Positions 24,225 to 38,507 of a stretch of DNA of 64,000 bases are shown piece after piece (position 1 is the first letter of the stretch; each line of letters opens with the position of its first letter). Origin of the DNA: Dipteris shenzhenensis. Lineage: Eukaryota. The position numbers and the translations under genes were made by a program. The stretch lies in the NCBI GenBank assembly GCA_047967505.1, contig CM106538.1; one strand, 5' to 3'. The notes under the pieces were generated by a model that worked only from the letters and a program-made list of their open reading frames with translations, was not told the origin of the DNA and made no database searches.

Positions 24225-27200
24225 ATGGCCCAGCCTGCAAGATTGCGAATCCCACCGTTCGGCGAAAGCAAAAGTTGGAGGGCTCTAATTATCCTCTTTG
24301 GAAGTTCAAGTTGAAGACCATCCTAAGCGCATATGAGCTTTGGGACACTGCTATTGAGGTGGATGTGAGGCCAGTTCCGAGACCGGATCCAGCCAATGCA
24401 GGACAACAGATAGTACTAACTACGGATGAGATTCTTGCATGGACAAGAAGAAATGCGGATGCGCTGTGTTCTATTGTCTGTAGTGTTAGTGATTCTGTCA
24501 TGGTGTTAATTCAACATGTCACCACAGCGGAGGAGGCATGGACGGTCTTGAAAAATCAGTACAAGACCATGAATCAGACTTGGATTCAGAATCTGGAGAC
24601 TCAACTTGCGAACGAGAAGTTGTCTGAGTCTAAAGCAACAGAGAAGTTCATCACCAGGGTGAAGAATCTGCGCGATCAGATGACTGCAATTGGCATCACC
24701 ATCACCAGTGAGAATCTAGCATGAAGGTGCATACGGATTCTCCCACCAAAGTACGATGGTCTTGTTATAGCACTGAATACATAGAACATAAATTTGTCCC
24801 TCAACTTTGAGGATTTCAGTGCGATGCTTCTAGAGGAGGAGATGCGTCAAAAGAGGAGGATTGGAGAATATTCAGCTTGCTGGACCGGATCAAAGAAAGG
24901 TAAGGGTAAGGACTCTGGTAACCCATCTTCTTCTGATGATAAAAAGAGAAAGAAGGAGATCAAGTGCTTCTATTGCAACAAGGCAAGGCACAAGTAGAAT
25001 GAGTGCCAAAAGAAAATTGTAGATGAGTAGAACGGAGTAAAGAAAGAGTCCAGCAATAGCACGCAGGCAGTACCATAGAGCTGTTCATAGCAATTGAGGA
25101 GATTTGCATGGAGGCAGTTCATGTAGCTGCAGATGAACCTTGGATCATTGACAGTGGTGCATCGTGCCACATGACCAGTCGGAAGGATTGGTATACCTCT
25201 CTACAGTCGGTAGGGAATGACATCATGGTAGCAGTCCACAATGATGCAAAATTTCTAGCAAAAGGAAAAGGTATGATTGCTCTCAAGTCAGATGGAGTTG
25301 TAAAACAGTTGTTCGATGTTCTTTATGTGCCAGATATCAAGAGGAACTTGTTGTTCATTTTTGCAATCACGGATCGGGACCTCAAAGTTCAATTTGATAA
25401 GAATGGTGCATAGATCCTAGATCTTCAAGGGAAGGTCATTGGTAAAGGTACATGACGCAACAACATTTATGAACTCTCAGCTTTTAGTGCTCGAGCAGAT
25501 GTGAAGAACACTAAGCTGTGGCATGAGAGGTTTGGTCATCTAAACCTTAGTTCTTTGAAGGAGATGCATAAAAGTGGAATGATTGCAGACCTACCAAAAA
25601 TTTTAGATTTGCCCGATGTATGTGAAGCTTGCATGATGGGCAAGCAGCATCGGCAGCCCTTTCCTAAAGAGGCCGATAGGGCAAAGGTCCTCTAGAGCTC
25701 GTTCACATGGACCTCTGCAGAAAGATGGAGACAGAAGCTTTGGGTGGTTCCTTCTATTTCATGATGATCGATGAGTACAGTAGAAGGATATGGATATAGT
25801 TCCTAAAGATGAAAGATGAGGCTTTCAGTAGGTTCAAGGAATGGCATGTAATGGTCGAGAAAGAATCGGGGAGGAAGGTGAAGAAGTTGAGATCAGACAG
25901 AGGTGGAGAGTTCACATCGACTGAATTCGAGAGTTATTGCAAAAGTCACGGAATCAAGAGGCAAAACCCCCACCACATACATCATAGCAAAATGGAGTAG
26001 CAAAATGCAAGATGTGCATCATCTGCAAAATGGGCTGGAGTATGATGAAAGGGAAAGATTTGCTAAAGACTTTCTAGGCTGAAGCATGTAACAGTGTAGT
26101 TTGCATCCTATGCATCAAAAGATGAGGACTGGAGAAGATTCGGCTTTCTGGACTGGATCGAAGAAAGGTAAGGGTAAAGACTCTGGTAACCAATCTTCTT
26201 CTGATGATAAAAAGAGAAAGAAGAAGATCAAGTGCTTCTATTGCAACAAGGTAGGGCACAAGCAGAATGAGTGCCGAAAGAAGATTGTAGATGAGAAGAA
26301 CGGAGTAAAGAAAGAGTCCAACAACAACGCATAGGTAGTACCACTAGAGCTGTTCGTCGCAATTGAGGAGATTTGCACGGAGGCAATTCATGTACTTGCA
26401 GATGAACCATGGATCATTGACAGTGGTGCATTGCACCACATGACCAGTCGAAAAGATTGGTATACCTCTCTACAGTCGGTAGGGAATGACATCCTGGTAG
26501 TAGTCAGCAATGATGCAAAATGTCCAGGAAAAGAAAAAGGTACGATTGCTCTCAAGTCAGATGGAGTTGTAAAACAGTTGTCCGATGTTCTTTATGTGTT
26601 GGATATCAAGAGGAGCTTGTTGCCCATTTTTGCGATCACGGATCGGGACCCCAAAGTTCAATTCAATAAGAATGGTGCACAGATTCTGTATCTTCAAGGG
26701 AAGGTCATTGGTAAAGGTATACGGCTCAACAACATTTACAAACTCTTAGCTTTCAGTGCTCGAGTAGATGTGAAGAACACTAAGCTGTGGCATGAGAGGT
26801 TTGGTCATCTAAACCTTAGTTCTTTGAAGGAGATGCATAAAAGTGGAATGATTGCAGACATATTAGAAATTTCGAATCTGCTTGATGTATGTGAAGCTTG
26901 CATGATGGGCAAGCAGCATCGGTAGCCCTTTCCTAAAGAGGCCAGCAGGGCAAAGGCTCCTCTAGAGCTCATTCACATGGACCTCTACAGAAAGATGGAG
27001 ACGGAAGCTTTGGGTGGTTCCTCCTACTTCATGACACTGATCGATGACTATAGTAGAAGGATATGGATATACTTTCTGAAGACTAAAGACGAGGCTTTTA
27101 GTAGGTTCAAGGAATGGCATGTAATGGTCGAGAAAGAAACAGGGAGGAAGGTGAAGAAGTTGAGATCAGACAGAGGTGGAGAGTTCACATCAACTGAATT

Positions 27201-29524
27201 CAAAAGTCACTACAAAAGTCACGAAATCAAGAGGCAAAAATGCACGCCACATACATCACAGCAAAATGGAGTAGCAGAATGCAAGACACACATCATCTAT
27301 GAAATGGGCCGGAGCATGATGAAAGGGTAACATTTGCCAAAGACTTTTTGGGTTGAAGCATGTAACTCTGCAGTTTACATCTTGAATCATAGGTACATGA
27401 AGGCTTTGAACATGATGACTCCACTACAAGCCTCTTCTAGTAAGAAACCTTCAGCTGCACATTCCAGAGTTTTTGGATGTGACTGTTTTGTGCATGTCCC
27501 TGATGCTACCAGGACCAAATGGGAACCAAAGAGCTGGAAGTGTATTTTCTTGGGCTATAGTGAAGAGGCAAAGGGTTACCGTCTCTATAACTCTATTACC
27601 AAGAAAGTAATTGTAAGTCACGATGTGATCTTCTCAGAACAGCCGCATCAATTGGAGGAGGATGCTTCCTTCCCAGACAACCAGGACCAGGATATCCAAC
27701 TAGTACCACCACCAATAGTAGACCGAACTCCCCCAACGTTGCTTGGGAGGATTCAAGAGAAAGAAGATAAAGAAGAGCCTGCAGAACCACAATAGCAACG
27801 GCCATTCCCGAAGTGGGTAAAGTAGCTTTTGGATGGTAGAGAAACTCAAGCCATTGAGGAGGAACCATCCGAACACTGCCGGTCCAAGAGATTAGAGGAG
27901 CAAGGAAGGGCATAGGAACAATTGGTCAACTATGCTTTGATGATAGAAGTGATCCATACTGATGAACCCAAGTGTCTTGAAGAGGCACAGGGTGATGATA
28001 GGTGGATGGAGGCTATGCACTTAGGGTATGGCTCCATAATGAAGAACAACACTTGGGACCTTATGGATCGTCCACCAAAATGCAAGGTAATCGGAACCAA
28101 GTGGGTGTACAAGACCAAGTACAAGTCCGACGGCACGTTGGATAAGTACAAGGCTCGGGTCATGGCAAAAGGATTTGCACAGGTACATGGTTTTGATTAT
28201 CAAGATACTTTTGCTCCCACAGCTCGACTAACCACAATTCGTAGTGTTTTGGCTTTAGCTACCCAAGAAGTTGGCCCGTGTTTTAGGTGGATGTGAAATT
28301 TGCCTTTCTAAATGGAGATCTCAAGGAGGAGGTATACATGGAACAACCGTCCAAGTTTTGAGATCCTCGGTTCAGAAGGTAAAGTTTGCAAACTGAAGAA
28401 GGCACTTTACGGGCTGAAACATGCCCTACAATCATGGTGCCAGCGAATTGATGCCTACTTTCTACAAAACGGGTTTAGGAGAAGCCCATCTGATGCAAAT
28501 TTGTATATCTTTAGAGAAGGAGGCAAGTGTATGATCATGGTCCTTTATGTGGATGACCTTGTCATAACAGGGAACCATGAAGAGAAGATCTCATAGACGA
28601 AGCATTTGCTTGGAAGAGAGTTTGAAATAACAGACCTCAGACTGATGCATTTCTGTTTGGGGATTGAAGTTTTGCAGGAGTTGAAACAGATCTTCATTTC
28701 ACAGCTGAAGTATGCTGGAGAGATACTGAAGGTATTTGGCATGGCTGAGTACAAGGACAGTTGGTACCCCTATGGAAGTTGATGCGAAGCTCTCAAACGA
28801 GGATTCATCACCATTGGTGGATGAAGCGAAGTACAGAAGGCTTGTGGGCAGCTTGATTTACCTGTGCAACACACGGCCGGACATCAATTTTGTGACTGGT
28901 GTACTAAGCAAGTTTTCCTATAAGCCCCAGGAGAACCATTGGAGGGTAGGGATGCGAGTGCTGAAATACATCAAAGGCACACTTGGTTATGGCATCACCT
29001 GTAACAAGGGCAACATCGAGACCGGATTCTGTGACTTGGATTGGGTAGGAGACGTGGACAGCAGGAGATCAATGACAGGGTATTGTTTCTCACTTGGATC
29101 TGGAGTTGTGTCATGGGTCAGTAAGAAGCAGCCCACAGTTGCTCTTTCTTCTACCGAGGCCGAGTACAAATCTGCATGCTTTGCTTCTTGCGAGACAGTG
29201 TGGTTGAGGAGGATTTTGGGGGACATGGGTGCAGTGCAGAACAAGCCTAGTACGTAGTTATCATGTGACAATCAGAGTTGCATGGCGATTGCAAAGAACC
29301 CGGTGTTCCACGCTCGCACAAAACACATTGAGATTCAATATTACTTTGTACATGAGCTCATCATGGATGGAGAGGTCGACTTGGTGTACTGTCCGACTAC
29401 AGAGAATGCTGTAGACATCTTCACGAAGGCTCTTGGAAGAGGCTTGCTAGAGAGGCATCTTCATCGACTTGGCATTGGGCCGAAAAGTAAGTTCACTTGC
29501 AGGTGGACATTGAGGGGGTGCTAG
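24225..29524 (+). pseudogene. Copia D gag-pol, degenerate
   Basis: KLEGSNYPLWKFK, CFYCNK, WIIDSGASCH, LWHERFGH, LRSDRGGEF, LYVDDL, SKKQPTVALSSTEAEY, KNPVFHARTKHIE. Confidence 0.94.
24842..27383 (+). repeat. Internal tandem duplication in D (24842-26109 and 26110-~27383)
   Basis: Knuckle, protease and integrase N-terminal region occur twice; junction ttgcatcct|atgcatcaaaag. Confidence 0.93.
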
Positions 29525-31131
29525 ATATCAATGCTCCACTCTTGTGTAACAACGCAGGAACAGCTAACTCTACTTGCAAGCCCCCCATATGAGGAGAAGG
29601 CATTTGAGTAGCTCGGTTATCTGGTAGGTCCTAGTTTGGACACCAGATGGGGGCCATGTGTGGTCTGATGGTTGGACAGCTTCAGATAGAGTTGGCACAC
29701 CGCCAACTAGGCTACATGCAACCCTGATTCCTTAGCATCATCCAACCTCTGTCTTCTACTATTTCCAACATGCCATCGAAGGTTCTTTCATAAGAGCGCA
29801 CGGTTGGGAGGCAGTGCCATCTATTGTATCAGTTCTATAGTAATATAATTTTTGATTCTCCATACTATCTTGTTTTCTCTCTTGCGTAGGAGATCCTGTT
29901 ATCTGTTGAGCACAGACATTGTATTATTTTGTTACAAAGATATGGTTGCTCACTTACCTACAGTAGCAAAAATCAAAGAACCATGTGACGCTTGCATGAT
30001 GGGCAAGCAATAGAGAAAGGCATTCCCACAAGAAAGTAAGAATAGAGCAAACACTCGTCTAGAGTTGGTGCATGTTCACTTATGCAGTAAGATGCCTACA
30101 CAGGCCCTGGGGGGATCTGCCTATTTTTTATTGATTGTTGGTGACTATAGTAGGAAGATGTGGGTGTACTTTTTTCGCAAAAAGGTTCAAGCTTTTGGTA
30201 AATTGAAAGAATGGTTGTAGCTTGTTGAAAATGAAATAAGGAGAAAAGTGAAGAAAATCAGATCGAATGGTGGTGGTGAGTTTGTTTCTACAGAGTTTGG
30301 AGATTTTTGCAAGAGCAAAGGGATCAAGCAACAAACGACGACACCACATACGCCTCAGCAAAATTTGGTTGTTGAACATCGAATGTGGACCACCGTGGAG
30401 ATGGGGAGGTGTATGCTGAAAGGTGCTAGATTGCCAAACCACTTTTGGGCTGAGGCTATCAATACTATGGTTTACATCCTTAATTGCAGCTATACAAAGG
30501 CATTGAAAGGCAAAACACCACGTGAGGCTTACAGTGGTAAGAAGCCATTTGTCTCCCATTTTAGAACGTTTGGGTGTGAATGCTATGCACATGTACCAGA
30601 CAAAGAGAGAAACAAGCTACAACCAAAAACCACCAAATGTATCTTTTTAAGCTATTGTGATGAGAAGAAAGCCTATAAGTTGTATGACCGAGAGGCAAAG
30701 AATATCATAGCGAGCCATGATGTGGTGTTCAGGGAGAAACCACATGCAGTGGAGGTAGAGAAGAGCTCTTTGACTTTATCATCAAGCGAAGAGGTAATTC
30801 ACTATGGACCTATTCCAGGAGCTATAAAGGAGGAGGAAATATCATATGATGAAGGTATAAGTCACTAACCTATTGTTACACCACCGGAAAAGCCATTGCC
30901 ATGATGGGTAAGGCAACTCTACGACCATGATAAGCACATGCCTATGTCTGTTGAGAAACATGTAGATGGACCAAGATAGTCTCAAAGAATCGAGGAGAAA
31001 AGAAGGGCTTCTGCTCACTTAGTCAATATGGCCTTTATGGCTAAGATTATTGCAGAAGTAAAGGAGCCTACAAGTTTGGAGGAAGCACTTGCAGATCGAG
31101 ATTGGAAAAATGCTATGCAAGTAGAATATGA

Positions 31132-34100
31132 TGAGAGTGCTCTCAACGGAAGCAAGAACGGAAGAAGGAGAGAGAGAGACAGAGAGCCACACAAGTTTTG
31201 GTGGGTGCATAACCACCCTAATCTTCTTTTTCATTCATTTATATATGTGTTTGAGTATTGTACATAACTGGGGTTAAGGCACAGTGACCTTTAACCCCCA
31301 CAACCTCCCACTTAAAGGACAATGTGCCTTTAAGGAAGAACAACCAGTGAGCATACTATCCAATGCCCATCAATACACGACAATACTCAAACCGCTGACT
31401 AGGTAGACTCTTCGTCAGCATATCTACAGGGTTATCATCTGTATGAACCTTGACAAGCTCTATGCGCTTGTCCTCAAGTACCTCCCTGATGAAATGGTAC
31501 CTGACCTCAATGTGTTTGGTCTTTGCATGAAAGACCGGATTCCGTGCTAGCTGAATAGCACTCATGGAATCACTATGCAATGTCGGTACACCTGTATGAA
31601 TCCCCAAATCTCCCACTAGCCGATCAAGCCATATAGCCTCCTTGCAACCCTCTGTGGCTGCAACATACTCAGCCTCTGTGGTAGACAAAGCCACGCACTT
31701 CTGTGCACGAGACATCCACGACACTGCACCACCTGCAAAGGTGAACACATAACCAGAAGTGGATCTCCTACTATCCACATGCCCTGCATAGTCTGAATCT
31801 GTGTACCCAAGTACACGCATGTCTCCTTTACCAAAGCAAATGCACATCTCCTTGGTATTCTTCATGTACCTCATGATGCACTTAACTGCCTCCCAATGCC
31901 TCTTTCCTGGATTAGCCATATACCGGCTAACAACTCCCACTGCAAATGCAATGTCTAGTCTAGTAGCTATCATAGCATACATAAGACTCCCAACTGCTGA
32001 TGCATAAGGAACCTTGGCCATCATGGCCCTCTCCTCATCTGATTTGGGACTATCTGTATGACTCAGTTTCACATATGGAGGCAATGGAGTACTCACTGCC
32101 TTCCCCCCCTCCATATTGAAACGCTATAATACTTTTGTAACATACTCTTTTTGTGAAAGCCAAAGGAGTTTCCTACTCCGATCACGTGTGATGCGCATAC
32201 CAAGAATATGACCTGCAAATCCCAAATCCTTCATATCAAAGGCCTCATGCAACTTGGCCTTTAATGCATCTAGCTCATAAGTATTCTTGCTAGCCAATAG
32301 CATATCATCCACATATAGTGCCAGGATTATCAGGCTACTATCCTTAGCCCTTTTAGTGTAGAGGCAGTGATCAATTTCACTCCTTCTAAAACCCTGGGAC
32401 CGAATGAAAGCATCAAACTTCTGATACCATTCTCTAGGTGCTTGCTTAAGACCATAGAGACTCTTTTTCAGCTTGCAAACTAAATGCTCTTTGCCCTTTT
32501 CTTCAAAGCCTTCCGGTTGCACCATGTAAATGTCCTCATGCAAATCCCCATGCAAGAAAGCTGTCTTGACATCCATTTGCATAAGCTCCATATCCTCTAC
32601 TGCCGCTAGTCCAAGCATGCATCTAAGTGTGGTCATCTTCACAACCGGAGAGAATATCTCATCAAAGTCCACACCCTTCTCTTGCTTGAACCCTTTAGCA
32701 ACCAAACGGGCCTTGTATCTAGGCACATCATCACCTGTGACCTTCATTTTGTAGACCCATTTACATGGCAATGCTTTCTTTCCATGTGGCAAAGAAACCA
32801 AGTCCCAAGTCTTATTCTTCATAAGTGAACTCATCTCTGATTGCATAGCATACTCCCACTTGCGTTGATCCTCACGCATCATAGCCTCTTTGTAGCAAGA
32901 AGGCTCCCCGCAATCAGTAAGCATCACATAGTCTACCCCTGGAACAAACCTATCAGGCGGTCTAGACACTCTAGATGATCTTCTCAAGGGCATTTCAGCT
33001 TGCTGTCCCACTTGCATATCAGCCACATTTGGCTCATCATTTCCACCAATAGATGATTCATCATCTACCCTTGATTGTATACCTGTGGGAGTACTTGGTT
33101 GTACCATTTCTTGCACATTTGGTGCATGGACAGCTTGCTGCCTATCAACATATGTAGGTGGATTCACATCCTGGAAAGTGATTCTCCTCATTTCCACATC
33201 CCTCATGGGTGCCTTATGCATCTTCTTCTCATTGAAGACCACATCATGGCTGCGTATGATCTTCTTTGCTTCTGGATCCCAGAGACGATAGCCCATCTCT
33301 CCACTTTCACCATAACCTAGAAAGATGCATTTCCTAGACTTAGGATCTAGCTTCTTTCGAAGCTCTTTTGGCACATGTGCATATGCCTCACACCCAAATA
33401 TACGCAAATGAGAGTAAGAGGGCTTCTTGCCACTCCATGCCTCTTCAGGAATACCACCATCCAAACTCTTACTAGGTGATCTATTGATCACATGCACTGC
33501 AGTCTTCATTGCCTCAGCCCAAAAACCACCAGAAAGACTTGCATTGGAAAGCATGCATTGCAACCTTTCTTGAATGGTACGGTTCATCTTTTCTGCAACT
33601 GGATTTTGCTCTGGAGTACGAGGGGATGTGAGCTCCCTCTTAATCCCACGAGTATCACAGAAATGCTGAAAGTCATGAGAGAGATACTCTCCACCATTGT
33701 CAGTCCGTAGGCATTTAAGCGTTCTACCTGACTGATTCTCAACCAAGGCCAGCCATTTCTGAAATACCTGGAACACATCACTCTTCCGAGCTATAGCATA
33801 AGCCCACACTTTCCTAGTTGCATCATCAATGAATGTCACATAGTATTTAGCCCCGCCTAATGACCGTGTAGGCATGGGACCACATACGTCTGAATGCACC
33901 AAATCAAGCATTTCAAACTCTTTCTTTCCCCTTCTTTTATGGGCTGATTTAGTCTGCTTCCCATAGAGACAGTGCTCACAAAATTCAAAATCAGAGAAAC
34001 TCAAATGCGGTACATAACCCAAACGGCATAAGAGTTTCATTCCATTCTGGCTCATGTGCCCCAACCTGCAATGCCACAAAGAAGTGCTTGGCTGCTCGGT

Positions 34101-37031
34101 TATTGCAACAACATGATCAAATACCCCTGATACATGTAAGGGATACAAAGTCCCACACTTGGCACCCCTAGCCAAAAGCATAGAGCCCTTCTGAATTTTC
34201 CAACTCTGAAAGCCAAAAGTGGTGTGAAAACCAGCATCATCTAGCTGACCCACTGAAATAAGGCTCTTGGTCAGCTTAGGCACATGTCTCACATGTTTCA
34301 AAACAAATGCAGACCCATTTGCAAAAGAAAACTTTATGTCACCTGCTCCCACTATGTCACATGCATAGTCATTTCCAAGATGCACACAACATGTCTTTCC
34401 ACTATCATAAGTGGAGAACCATTCCCTATGGGGAGTAACATGGAATGAAGCACCAGAATCCAAAATCCAATCCTGGGAATATGCATCATCTGAAGTGGTA
34501 AGCAACTCTGTAGATAAACTAGACATGAAGAGAACATCATTGTCACTATCATGTGTGACTGCATTGATCTCCTCGATCTTCACTTTTCCTTTGTCCTCCC
34601 TTGGACTCTCTTCCTTTTGATTTGCACCCCAATTTGCATTCTTTTTCTTATCCTTTTGCTCTCTTTTCAGCTTGTAGCAATCCTTTTTCATATGGCCCTT
34701 CTTGCCACAATGGTAACACTCAATGTTCTGTGCCCTGGATTTGCTACGAGACTTCCCTCTTTCTTGGGACTTCCCCCTGAACTGTGATCTGCCCCTTTGC
34801 ACATTTAAGGCTGCATCCTGCTTGTTGCCATCCATAGACTTCCGTCTAATCTCCTCGGCCAACAAGCTACCCACAACATCATCAAATTTCAGTACTCCAC
34901 CAGGTGCAGAGTTACTGACAGTTGTACGGAAGGTATCCCATGAGGATGGCAATGAACATAAGAGAAATATTGCCTTAGTCTCCGCATCAAAATTCATTTT
35001 CTGAGCCTGAAGCTGGCTGAAAATAATATTGAATTCATTCAAGTGAGAAGCAATGGAGACCCCTTCCTTCATCTGTAGCTCAAACAACCTCTTCATGAGG
35101 TAAACTTTATTAGAGGCAGTTTCCTTCTCATAAGTGGCACACAGTTTCTTCCACAAATCTTCCGTAGTCTGCTCATTTACTACTGTGAAATAAACTGACT
35201 CTGCAAGATGAAGTCTAATAGTAGACTTTGCTAATGCATCCAACTCATTCCAATCATCCTCAGACATATTTGCAGGCTTAGCTTCAATCCCTGCCAAGGG
35301 TTTAATCTGCTTCTTTTGAATAAGCACATCCCTTATCTGTTCTTTCCACAAAGAAAAGTTTGTCCCATCAAACTTTTTAATGCTGAAAAACTCCTTTTCA
35401 GGCATGGAAGAGGATGCCATGATGCAAATAAAGCAAAATCTCAAATGCTAGTGCCTGCAAGAGAGAATCACACCAAATACCAGGTGCACCCAAATGTGTA
35501 TGCCACAATAGAGTGAAATATCACCAAAACTCAAAGCTCAAAGCATCAAAAGATGCATCTGACTCATGTGCATATACTATGCATCCATATGAGCAAATCT
35601 GGCCCAAAAGAAAATGCCAATAAGTGCCAAATGACTCAAGCATAAACACTGTCCACTGGCATATGCATCAATAATGTCTCATCCAAGAGAGCATAGCACT
35701 ATCAGTGCATCACCTGCAATGTGTCAAAGCTGTCCCTCAGCTTAAAATAGCATCCATGTGCAAGGCGTCCATAAAAAATAGCATCCCACAAGGCAATTTG
35801 GGCCTATCAGCGCATCCAACAAGGACCGCAATGCATTCAAATGGCCTATAAATCATCCACTGCAACCCAATGCATACCACGAATGAGCGCACACTGCTCA
35901 AACTGCAACTAGAGTGATCTGCATAAGGTATGCTCAAGAAATCATAGTCCCACGGTAATGACCGCTACTGAAAATAGAACCTGAGATGCCTCAAAACATG
36001 GGCGCCATTGCATAATTGGACTCAGCAAGAAAATCTGCAAATATCTCTCTTCTGCCGAAACTCCAAAATCCCAACCGATGAGTGAGAAATGGGAGTCAAC
36101 ACTTATCCACTGCCATGTGGCATAAATCTAAGGTTTCAAAACCTTAGTATGAAAAATGCATAACAGAGAGACGAAATCGAATACACAGAGATTTATAACT
36201 CTAAAAATCCTCCACCGAATCACGCAAAAACTGATAGGTAGGGGTTTTTGGGCGTCCGGAACGCAATGGGACAGACGGTTTTGGAAACCGTGGTCTCAAT
36301 CACTGGGTCCAACACACGGACTGAAAAACGTTTTTGGAAACAGAGCTATCTGTAAACTCCACCGGAGTGCGAATGATGAGCAACATAGAAGTTTTAGGAC
36401 CTCCTGAGTCCACCGGAACTGACAGATCTGCAAATGGTTGCTCCAAACTTGAGTTCCAATACCCGGGCAAAAAACGCAGGAACTGACACAGTGAGTCCGA
36501 ACTCCAATGAAATGATCCCAGATTCAAGAATGAAGGTGTTTCCAAGCTCTTGAAGTAATGTGGACACCAAAAGCAAGCAATAGTTGCCTCTACAAGTCAA
36601 TACGGAGTCTTTGTCATCGAACGGAACAGGGAAAAGCTCAAAAAACGACTTTTTCTTTGAAAGCTCTTAACAGGCTCTCAAAACCACTTCGCAAAGCCAA
36701 AGTGACTTTTCCAAAGGTTTCTCCAAGGTCTCTGCACACTCGGATGCAAGTAAAGTCACCCACAAAGCTTCCCACAGAGCTTCTCCTTCCTCCCACAGAG
36801 TTGCTGAGCTTCCAAGCATTCACGCACGCTCAGCTAGATCACCCGGGCTCTGATACCAGTTGAGAGTGCTCTCAACGGAAGCAAGAACGGAAGAAGGAGA
36901 GAGAGAGACAGAGAGCCACACAAGTTTTGGTGGGTGCATAACCACCCTAATCTTCTTTTTCATTCATTTATATATGTGTTTGAGTATTGTACATAACTGG
37001 GGTTAAGGCACAGTGACCTTTAACCCCCACA
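31132..37031 (-). mobile_element. Copia element A': full-length and very young, inserted in the RT of C
   Basis: 171-bp LTRs at 31132-31302 and 36861-37031 appear identical; TSD TATGA (31127-31131 / 37032-37036); PBS at 36847-36858; PPT aagtgggagg. Confidence 0.98.
31356..35420 (-). CDS. Copia gag-pol polyprotein (~1350 codons) with one in-frame TAG at 32124-32126
   Basis: ORFs 32124-35444 and 31356-32114 are in the same frame; CYHCGKKGHMKKDC, WILDSGASFH, LVHSDVCGP, LRTDNGGEY, LYVDDML, YTDSDYAG, DNPVDMLTK. Confidence 0.95.
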
Positions 37032-38507
37032 TATGATAGCATCATGAAGAATAAAACTTGGGAGCTGGTAGATCAACCACCTAACAAAAAGGTTATTGGC
37101 ACCAAGTGGGTTTGGAAGTAACGTACAAGGCCGATGGGACTTTGGAAAAGAACAGAGCCAGATTGGTTGCACAAGGATTTCTGCAGGTTGAAGGATTTGA
37201 TTTTCAAGAATCTTTCACTCTGACTGCCAGAATGACCACTATTCGCATAGTACTCTCAGTGGCTCCTCATAAAAAGTGGCCAATTTATCAAATGGATGTT
37301 AAATCAGCATTCTTGAATGGTGACCTCAAGGAGGAGGTGTACGTGGCTCAGCCACCAGGGCTTGAGGCCCCCCATTCTCAAAACAAGTTATGTAAGCTCA
37401 AGAAGGCTTTGTATCGGGGCTAAAATAGGCTCCAAGAGCATGGCACCAATGGATAGACAAATTTTTTTATAAATTAAACTTCAAAAGATGTGCCTCAGAT
37501 GCTAACTTGTATGTGTACAAGAAGATGGACAATCTGCTATTATTGTTCTATATGTGGATGATCTCCTTATTACAGGTGACTATGAAGACATGATCCAGCA
37601 GATAAGAAAGACATTGAGTACTGAGTTTTTGATGACAGCAGACTTAGGCTTGATGCACTAATGTTTGGGGATTAAAATCTGGCAAAGGCAAGATCTTCAT
37701 CTCTCAACAGAAATATGCAAGGGAGACCTTGAAGGCATTTGGTATGTCCGAGTGCAAGGAGATAGCTACACCTATGGAGGTAAATGCAAGGTTGTCTATG
37801 GAGGATGCCTCAGCACCAGAAAACATCGGGAGGTACATGAAGTTGGTCGACAGTCTCATCTATCTGTGCAACACCAGACCAGACATCAGTTTTGCTATTG
37901 GCATTTTGAGCAGGTTCTCCAATAAGCCCCGAGAGAATCATTAGAATGCAAGGATGTGGGTGCTCAAGTATGTGAAGGGCACTCTTGATTATGGCATCAT
38001 CTATGGTACGGGCACTTCCTTGGCTGGTCATTATGACTCAAATTTGGCTGGAGATGTTGATTCTAGGAAATCAATTTATGGATATTGTTTCTCTTTAGGT
38101 TCAAGTATCTTCTCTTGGATCAGTAAGAAACAACCAACAGTGGCATTGTCTTCTACCGAGGCTAAGTACAAGGGAGCATGTTTTGCATCTTGTGAAGCAG
38201 TGTGGCTGAGGAGGATCTTATGGCACATGGGAGTGCAAGGGGATGAGGCACTTGTGCTGGGGTGCAACAATCAAAGTTGCATGGCCATTGCTAAAAATCC
38301 AGTGTTTCATGCATGCACAAAACATATAGAGATTCAATATCACTATGTGCATGATTTGATTGAGGATGGGATAGTGGAATTGGTCTGCAGTCCAACAAAA
38401 CAAAATGGAGAAGATATCTTCACCAAGGCACTCGAGAAGGATCAGCTTCAGGGTCATCTTCAGAGACTCGACATTGAGTTCACCTATGGGTGGACATTGA
38501 GAAGGGG

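Larger units (their letters stand above)
23671..29936 (+). mobile_element. Copia element D nested in C; 5' LTR truncated (~23671-24154), 3' LTR 29519-29936, internal 1.27-kb duplication
   Basis: Shared LTR 3' half (caaccctgattccttagcatc...ttaca); PBS at 24155-24166; PPT gagggggTG; gag-pol motifs throughout. Confidence 0.92.

Noticed and set aside
32124-32126. Programmed stop-codon readthrough in A'
   Set aside because: The stop lies inside RT, lacks a CARYYA context, and the sister copy has CAG at this position
32530-35004. Plus-strand ORFs overlapping A' gag-pol, and similar antisense ORFs in the other elements
   Set aside because: Shadow frames of retrotransposon coding sequence
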